DNA from: an uncultured Fibrobacterota bacterium
Lineage (GTDB): Bacteria; Fibrobacterota; Chitinivibrionia; Chitinivibrionales; FEN-1185
Direction: 5' to 3'
Assembly (NCBI GenBank): GCA_963729895.1
Contig: CAVSQB010000005.1
Coordinates: 96,001 to 160,000 of the forward strand
Length of the DNA: 64,000 nt
Shown here in pieces: positions 57,677 through 64,000 of the stretch; positions within the stretch are counted from its first letter, which is position 1, and each line of letters begins with the position of its first letter. The notes beneath the pieces were generated by a model that was given only the letters and a program-made list of their open reading frames with translations, was not told the DNA's origin and made no database searches. The position numbers were made by a program, and so were the translations under genes.

Positions 57677-60493
57677 ATGAAAAGGATTGCGCCGCTTTTC
57701 AATTTCATGCTCTCATTTGTCATTGTTTGTCTCGGCGAAACCTACACGCCGGAGCCCAGCAACCGGGTGACGATCAACCTCGGCGAAACGCCGTGGAAAT
57801 TCACAAAGGGCGACGCGGTCAATGGGCAGAGTCCCACGCTTGCCGACAACGGCTGGAAGGACGTAGGGATTCCCCACTGCTGGAACGATACCGACACGTT
57901 TATCAATCAGGGCAGCGGCGGCGGAGACGGCTCAATGCTCGGCGGCATCTGCTGGTATAGAAAGCACTTTACACTGGACAATCAATACTCGGGCCGGAAG
58001 ATATTCATCGAGGTGGAGGGGGCGCATGTCGGCGCACAGGCATATATCAACGGGATCTTCTTACCCGGCAACAGCGCAGTGAATCCAAATGCCACCCATG
58101 TCATCGGGTTTATCGGATTCATCGTCGATGTTACGCCGAACGTGCAATTCGGCGGGGCCGACAACGTTTTCGCGGTGCGCGTGAGCAAGAGCGGCGGTTT
58201 CTACACCGATCCGGGTTTCTCCGAGGTGTTCAGGTTCGGACAAGAGGACGGCGGGTTGTTCCGCCCTGTGTGGATGCACATTACCGACAAGGTACATGTT
58301 CCCCAGAACGTGTACTCGGTACTCAACCGGTGGGGAACCTATGTGGCGACAAAGTCCGTGGCAAGCGACGGCTCGTCGGCAACCGTCGAGATCCAGACGA
58401 ACGTGTTCAACGAAAGCGCCTCGGCGCAGAACGTAACGCTCACCACAAAAGTGGTTGACGTACGCAACGGCAACAACGTGGTGCTGAGCCTCGACGCCAC
58501 GCAGTCCGTTGCTGCGGGCCAGAGTTTCACGTTCGACCAGGCCGGCGACATTGCCAATCCAACACTGTGGTATCCCAACAACAGCACCTTCGGCACGCCA
58601 TATCTCTACAAGGTGTACCATATAGTGAAAGTCGGCGGCACGACGCTGGACGTGTTCGAGAGTCCGCTCGGCATCCGGGTAATCACCTGGGACAAGAATT
58701 TTCCGTACATCAATGGGCACAAACACCTGTTGTTCGGCGGCGCTTCGCGGTACGATTACCCCGCGCTCGGCTCGGCGGTTCCCATCGAGCAGGAGTTTAG
58801 GGACGCAAAGCTGATGGCCCAGTGCGGCGGAAGCCTGTGGCGACCGGGGCATTCCTCGAGCAGCAAAGGGTTCGTCGATGCATGCGACAACTATGGGATC
58901 ATGCTGGTGCAGCCCAGCGGCGACGGCGAGAACGGTTTTGCCAATGTTGCCGTGACCGACGCAAAATACATTCTCAAGTCGGAGCTTCACCGAGACATGA
59001 TCATTCGCGACCGGAACAATCCGTCCATCCTGGCGTGGGAGGCGGACAACGGCGTCACGGCAACGCCGGTGGCGCAGGCGCTCAAGGCCATATCGGTGCA
59101 ATGGGATTCCATCAACACGCGCGCCCAGTCCGACAGGACTCCCAATCCCAACAACGGAGACATTCTCTCCTGTACCCTTTCGGGTTGCGAAATAGGAGTG
59201 AAGAATCAGTACCCCAACAACCCCGCCTGGTGCGCGGAGGCGTGGAACAGGAGCTCGGCGAGGTTCGCGTACGATTATGAGATTGCCTTTGCCGCGCAGT
59301 ACTTCCAGAATTGGCGGGCGAGTGTGGCGGCAAATTGCTTCGGCGTGTGCCAGTGGTACATGGCCGATACTCCGGGCGAGCAGGCGGACTATCTGGAAGG
59401 CCAGCCCGCGGCCGGTGTGAGGTCGACCGGGACCTCCATGATGGACTTCAACCGGTTCCCCAAAATGCTGTATAAAATCTACCAGGCCGCATGGACGCCG
59501 TACTCGATCAAACCTGTGGTGTCCCTCGCGCATCATTGGAACCGTTCGGGAACCGTGAGAGTCAACGCTTTCAGCAACTGTCCGAGCGTGCGGCTTTCGC
59601 TCAACGGAACGGCGATCAGCACCAAGACGCCGAACCCGGCCACGGGCAGCGGCGACAACAACGACCTCACCCAGACCACGACGCAGCTTCCGTTCCAGTG
59701 CTACTGGGACGTGGCCTGGGCGGCCGGGACACTCAAGGCCGAAGGCCTTGACTCCAGCGGCAATGTAGTGTGCTCTGACCAGAAAATAACGGCGGGAAAT
59801 CCGGACCATATCGTTCTCACGGTTGATTCCGCTATTGTGAAGCAAGACGGGGAAGTCTTCCAGATAAAGGCCAATGGTTCTGACGCGGCATTCATTGCAG
59901 CGAGAGTGGTTGATGCCCAAGGAAACCTGTGTCCCACGGCAAGCAACAACGTCACCTGGAGCGTATCCGGACCCGGCAATTACCGCGGCGGATCGGACGC
60001 GTATGTGACAACAGGCGAGCCGCTGGGCTATCATTCGCCCCTTGATCCTGAACTCGCGGCGGAAGGAGGGATGTGCAAGGTGGCGGTACGCTCCACATTT
60101 GTCTCCGGCACGGTGACGGTCACCGCCGCATCGCCCGGACTAGGCACGGGCACGGCAACGTTCCCGGTTGTTGATTTGGGCGCAACAGCCGTGAAAAGTC
60201 CTCTTGTTCTTTGGCGGGGGGGCGCATCACCGTCATTATTCAGAATGGCCGTGGAAGGTGGGATACTGCGATATTATCTCGGTAAACCTTCGGCTGTTGC
60301 CTTCGAAATCCTCAACGCGAACGGAAGGCTCGTGAGGCGGATCGCCGGTTCAAGACAGGCACAAGGTTGGCACCCCCTGCAGATTGGGGGAACGGCGAAC
60401 GCGGGTGAACCGGCGGTGAATGGCGTTTACTTTGTGCGATGCTCGGTGGACGGGAGCTATCAATCCACAAAGCTGATCCCGTTTGTGCGCTGA
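57677..60493 (+). CDS. GH2-family glycoside hydrolase with DUF4982/Ig domains and T9SS-type CTD
   Basis: IPHCWN, WYRKHF, GGLFRPVW, PTLW..PYLY, GIR, RDRNNPSILAW, HHWN, FSNC.SVRL; GGAGG RBS. Confidence 0.88.
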   Translation: MKRIAPLFNFMLSFVIVCLGETYTPEPSNRVTINLGETPWKFTKGDAVNGQSPTLADNGWKDVGIPHCWNDTDTFINQGSGGGDGSMLGGICWYRKHFTLDNQYSGRKIFIEVEGAHVGAQAYINGIFLPGNSAVNPNATHVIGFIGFIVDVTPNVQFGGADNVFAVRVSKSGGFYTDPGFSEVFRFGQEDGGLFRPVWMHITDKVHVPQNVYSVLNRWGTYVATKSVASDGSSATVEIQTNVFNESASAQNVTLTTKVVDVRNGNNVVLSLDATQSVAAGQSFTFDQAGDIANPTLWYPNNSTFGTPYLYKVYHIVKVGGTTLDVFESPLGIRVITWDKNFPYINGHKHLLFGGASRYDYPALGSAVPIEQEFRDAKLMAQCGGSLWRPGHSSSSKGFVDACDNYGIMLVQPSGDGENGFANVAVTDAKYILKSELHRDMIIRDRNNPSILAWEADNGVTATPVAQALKAISVQWDSINTRAQSDRTPNPNNGDILSCTLSGCEIGVKNQYPNNPAWCAEAWNRSSARFAYDYEIAFAAQYFQNWRASVAANCFGVCQWYMADTPGEQADYLEGQPAAGVRSTGTSMMDFNRFPKMLYKIYQAAWTPYSIKPVVSLAHHWNRSGTVRVNAFSNCPSVRLSLNGTAISTKTPNPATGSGDNNDLTQTTTQLPFQCYWDVAWAAGTLKAEGLDSSGNVVCSDQKITAGNPDHIVLTVDSAIVKQDGEVFQIKANGSDAAFIAARVVDAQGNLCPTASNNVTWSVSGPGNYRGGSDAYVTTGEPLGYHSPLDPELAAEGGMCKVAVRSTFVSGTVTVTAASPGLGTGTATFPVVDLGATAVKSPLVLWRGGASPSLFRMAVEGGILRYYLGKPSAVAFEILNANGRLVRRIAGSRQAQGWHPLQIGGTANAGEPAVNGVYFVRCSVDGSYQSTKLIPFVR

Positions 60494-60600
60494 TATGTTT
60501 TAGGGCCTTCTGTTGATTCGTGTGTAACACCCTTCTCAGATTACCGGAAGAGGGGTTTGTAAGGCGTTGGCGCTATTATAGAAACAACTCTTCAAATAAG

Positions 60601-60625
60601 TCCCCCTTCGGGGGATTTAGGGGGC
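60601..60625 (+). repeat. Short REP-like palindrome TCCCCC-TTC-GGGGGA-TTTAGGGGG
   Basis: Same hairpin + G-rich tail layout as 3668-3698; intergenic. Confidence 0.55.
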
Positions 60626-60720
60626 AGGTAAGAAGTGGTGGAATTAAAACTGAATTCTCGGAGACCATATCAACTTAAAACGCGCTCGCGACGCCATATT
60701 TCCAAAGAGAAAGGATCGCT

Positions 60721-62715
60721 ATGTCACAGAAAGTTCGTTTCTCAGGAAGCATCATCTGCTTTGCGGGAGCACTGTTTCTTCTGCACGCGCAGCAGATCAG
60801 TATCTCCGGAATCGTCAATGATGTGGGCGGGAAGGGCATTGCCGGCGCTGTTGTCAGCTTGATAGCGGCGAAGAAGTCGGCGGTAACGGACGTAACCGGC
60901 GCGTATTCCATTTCAGCCGGCTCCACCAATGTCCACCTCGGGCAAAACGAGGCGCCCGTTCGGCAGGCGCCATTTCTAAGGGGAGACGCACTTTGCTTCA
61001 GCATCACGGAGAACGCCTCAAGAGTCAGACTCGATCTGTACACCGTGCTCGGCAGGCATGTCCGGACGGTCTTTGAGAAAAACATGACGGCCGGCGATTA
61101 CCGGATCAATCCATTCACCAAAGATGTTCCATCACAGCTTTATTTCCTGAGAATCCGGATTGGAGACAACTCCACCGTTCTGGCAACGGCCTTGATATCG
61201 GGTGCCGGGCGTTCCGAAGTGATGGTGAACAAGACTGGGAGCGGGACGCACGGAAATCTTGCCAAGACAGGCGCCGCGTTGGATTCGTTCCTGGTAGGCG
61301 CAGTCGGGTATACCACGCTTTCGCAGGCTACCGATGTCTACTCCGGCACAAAGAACTTTACCTTGCAGAAAACCGTTCCCACGGGAGTGGCGCAGGTGAT
61401 ACAAACATCGCAAGCGGGGGACAATCTTGCCATCAAAAGTGTTTTGAATTTCGGCGACGACGATGGCTCTGCGCTGCCCAGCGTGACTATTGACTCCACG
61501 GTCAAATACCAGAGCATTCTCGGATTCGGCGGCGCGTTTACCGAAGCGGCGGTTTACAATCTGAACAATATCGGGCCTGAAAAATCCAATGAAATCCTCA
61601 ACGCGTATTTCAATCCTTATACGGGCGCGGGATATACGGTGTGCCGCACGCCGATTCACAGTTGCGATTTTTCCCTCGGCCAATATACCTATGACGACAC
61701 TGCCAACGATTCCACCCTGAAATACTTTTCCATCCGGCACGAATCGGCGTGGAAGATTCCCCAAATCCGGAATGCCATGAATGTGCCGGGCGCCTCCATA
61801 AAGATTTTCGGTTCGCCCTGGTCGCCGCTGTCGTGGATGAAAACAAACAACAACATGGAAAACGGGGGACAGCTCAAACCTGCGTGTTACGACGTCTGGG
61901 CCCGTTATATCGTGAAGTTCGTCCAGGCGATGGACGACAGCGGCATACCGATATGGGGCCTTACCATGCAGAACGAGCCCGAAGCCGTTCAGACCTGGGA
62001 ATCGTGCATTTACAACCCGCAACAGGAAAGGGACTTTCTCAAGAACAACCTGGGCCCCAAACTGGCGCAGAACGATCTTGACGTGAAAGTCATGATTTGG
62101 GACCACAACAAAGACCACATGGTCATCTGGGCAGACACCATCTTCCGCGACACCGCGGCCGCGAAATATGCGTGGGGCACAGGGTTTCATTGGTATACGG
62201 GAGACCAATTTGACAACGTGGCTGCAACGCACAACAGTTTTCCCTCCAAGCATTTGCTGGCGACCGAAGAAGCGGGTCAACCTGCGCCGGGATACGGAGA
62301 CTGGACGCTGGCAGAGTCCTATGGGCACGACATCATAGGCGACTTGAACAACTGGGCGGAAGGATGGGTTGACTGGAATCTGGTGCTGGATCAAAACGGT
62401 TTACCGCGGCATGATCCAAACACCGGCTGCGCGGCTTCAGTGATTACCGATTTCACAAACGATTCGGTGCATTATAATCCGATGTATTACTACATCGCGC
62501 AGTTCAGCAAATATATACGGCCGGGCGCGGTGAGAATAAGCTGCGTCAATTCGGTACCGAATCTTGAAGCCACTTCATTTGTGAATGCTGACGGCAGGAT
62601 TGTGGTTGTTGCGTTGAACAGGACGGCTAATCCTATATCTTTCAAGATTATGCAGGATTCGGAGATTATCAAGCCGACGGTGCCGGCTCACGCGATTGTC
62701 GATTTTGTTTTCTGA
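60721..62715 (+). CDS. GH30 (glucosylceramidase-like) hydrolase with N-terminal nested beta-sandwich module
   Basis: GFGGAFTE, SCDFS, SPWSP, MQNEP (acid/base), WDHN, FHWY, ATE (nucleophile), DWNL. Confidence 0.92.
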   Translation: MSQKVRFSGSIICFAGALFLLHAQQISISGIVNDVGGKGIAGAVVSLIAAKKSAVTDVTGAYSISAGSTNVHLGQNEAPVRQAPFLRGDALCFSITENASRVRLDLYTVLGRHVRTVFEKNMTAGDYRINPFTKDVPSQLYFLRIRIGDNSTVLATALISGAGRSEVMVNKTGSGTHGNLAKTGAALDSFLVGAVGYTTLSQATDVYSGTKNFTLQKTVPTGVAQVIQTSQAGDNLAIKSVLNFGDDDGSALPSVTIDSTVKYQSILGFGGAFTEAAVYNLNNIGPEKSNEILNAYFNPYTGAGYTVCRTPIHSCDFSLGQYTYDDTANDSTLKYFSIRHESAWKIPQIRNAMNVPGASIKIFGSPWSPLSWMKTNNNMENGGQLKPACYDVWARYIVKFVQAMDDSGIPIWGLTMQNEPEAVQTWESCIYNPQQERDFLKNNLGPKLAQNDLDVKVMIWDHNKDHMVIWADTIFRDTAAAKYAWGTGFHWYTGDQFDNVAATHNSFPSKHLLATEEAGQPAPGYGDWTLAESYGHDIIGDLNNWAEGWVDWNLVLDQNGLPRHDPNTGCAASVITDFTNDSVHYNPMYYYIAQFSKYIRPGAVRISCVNSVPNLEATSFVNADGRIVVVALNRTANPISFKIMQDSEIIKPTVPAHAIVDFVF

Positions 62716-62788
62716 AGAATAGAGTAGAAAACGAACCACGAGCCTCGATTATCCTTGAGCGTGTTTGTTGCGTGTGTGAAGACGAGGC

Positions 62789-63655
62789 TCAGCGATCGGG
62801 CTTCCGCGCAAGCAAAACCGAAAACGCCGCCTTGAACGGTCCCTGCGTCTCTTCCTCGGCGGTCCCTGCGTGACCGCCACCGCCGCCGCTATGCATTCCG
62901 CCGCCTCCGCCGTGCATTCCTCTGCCTCCGCCGCCCATCCCGCCGCCTCCACCACCCATGCCGCCGCCTTGCGAACCGGGCATTTCGGACGAGCCGCCCT
63001 GGCCGCCGGCGTGATTTTCTCCGGCGTCCGGCACGGTCATCTCGAACGTAATGGACAGAAGCGAATCGTTGCCGATGTCAATGGCGTATTTTGCCGACGA
63101 ATCCTCGCGCAGCGCCACCTTTAATTTGTAAACCAGGTTTTCCTCCGAGGAAAGAATGCGGACCCCAATGCCGAGCGATTCGGCAATAGCGGTCTTGACA
63201 GGAACGCTGTCGTCTTTTTCCGGGCCCAGGAGCTCCATTTCCTGAAAAGCGAGATCGAACATCGCTTTCTTGTCATGTACATCGGGCCGCCTGCCGCGAA
63301 TCGATCCCGATCCCGCTCCGTTGCCCATCATTCCCATTGGATACCGGATGCCGAACCGCTTGCCTTTTTTCGATTTGCTGGTGAACCACGTGGTAAAACC
63401 ATACCGCAGCAATTGGCTGTTCTCGGAACGTTTCCACGAGGTCATGCACAGATAAAGGTTTCTGCCGTCATTCTTCACGCCGATGCCGAATTGAGGGTCC
63501 GCAGGATACTTTGTTGCGTCTTTCCATTGGCCGGGGTTTGTGTCCATTGCGGGTTCGGAATCCGTCCACGTGCTTTGAACGACGACGGGAGGTTCGCAGG
63601 TAGTAAGCAGCGACAGGACCGCAAACCATGAGATTACGAGCATGTTCTTTCTCAC
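62789..63655 (-). CDS. Hypothetical lipoprotein with Gly/Met-rich C-terminal segment
   Basis: GGAGG RBS before GTG 63655; LTT-C lipobox; GGGMGGGGGGMGGGGRGMHGGG tract. Confidence 0.8.
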   Translation of the reverse strand: MRKNMLVISWFAVLSLLTTCEPPVVVQSTWTDSEPAMDTNPGQWKDATKYPADPQFGIGVKNDGRNLYLCMTSWKRSENSQLLRYGFTTWFTSKSKKGKRFGIRYPMGMMGNGAGSGSIRGRRPDVHDKKAMFDLAFQEMELLGPEKDDSVPVKTAIAESLGIGVRILSSEENLVYKLKVALREDSSAKYAIDIGNDSLLSITFEMTVPDAGENHAGGQGGSSEMPGSQGGGMGGGGGGMGGGGRGMHGGGGGMHSGGGGGHAGTAEEETQGPFKAAFSVLLARKPDR

Positions 63656-63842
63656 AGATGACCTCCACGGAATCCTATGCACGGTGACAAATAATTTAGA
63701 CCGCGGCGGGGGTGCGGATGTTACGGGAACCCGGCTGGTCGTCCCACGGGGTAAAGCGAAAGCAGGAAAGAAATAACAACGAAGCCTCCGCCCCGGACAG
63801 GGTAGAGGCTTTTGTTAAGAATGTGCAGGGATGCCAAGCCGG

Positions 63843-64000
63843 TCAGGGAACAAAGAACTTCTCGCACGCGACCGCGTGTTTATCAATAGTCAATTGCGCA
63901 CAATAGACGCCGGTTGCCGCGCGGTCCCACGTAAAAGCCGTGCCGGAACCCAGATCGGCTATGCAACGGCCCTTGAGGTCAACAATGTGCAGATTGACCC
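63843..64000 (-). CDS. 3' end of a gene with a T9SS-type CTD (partial; absent from the ORF track)
   Basis: Manual translation VNLHIVDLKGRCIADL..FTWDRAATGVYCAQL..EKFFVP*. Confidence 0.8.
   Translation of the reverse strand, partial: VNLHIVDLKGRCIADLGSGTAFTWDRAATGVYCAQLTIDKHAVACEKFFVP

Noticed and set aside
58061..60034. Long antisense ORFs (also 18827-19858, 32286-33623, 37624-38880, 39697-40938, 61132-62394)
   Set aside because: Shadows of well-supported genes in GC-rich DNA; no motifs
1..64000. tRNA, rRNA or prophage
   Set aside because: None recognised; the GH19 remnant alone does not indicate a prophage

Overview
Bacterial genomic window, moderately GC-rich in coding regions. The gene content suggests Fibrobacterota, probably Chitinivibrionia-like (inference only): T9SS-type C-terminal sorting domains on CAZymes, a PorV-like barrel, alpha2-type GlyRS and an RRM protein. 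There are three zones. (i) 1-3.8 kb: an accessory cassette (patatin, GH19 pseudogene, GH13) bracketed by a perfect 39-bp direct repeat, with a 9-bp tandem repeat. (ii) 3.9-46.2 kb: housekeeping and envelope genes (tolQRAB-cpoB without pal, rsmA, amrS-like radical SAM, nth, MinD-like ATPase, wbqC, tsaB, ddl, glyQS, purC, CoA-activase, alr, eda, hisI, proBA, a catalytic-domain-less sensor, PlpD-like patatin-BamA, ArnT-like, ComEC-like MBL, RRM). (iii) 46.3-64 kb: a secreted polysaccharide-degradation cluster (two beta-helix paralogs, DUF4038, Ig-repeat protein, atypical GH2, GH30). A low-GC insert interrupts this cluster; it carries a pPIWI_RE_Y-like nuclease gene split in frame by a 546-bp IS200 element, plus a small ParB-like gene. 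The most interesting unexplained signals are non-coding. A composite structured element occurs in two diverged copies (about 3437-3783 and 46443-46893) at both core/accessory boundaries. Two diverged, structure-preserving copies of a ~140-nt Flavo-1-like multi-hairpin element lie at 46539-46675 (+) and 57480-57624 (-). No tRNA, rRNA or CRISPR array was recognised. All family assignments come from motif recognition by eye, not database searches.
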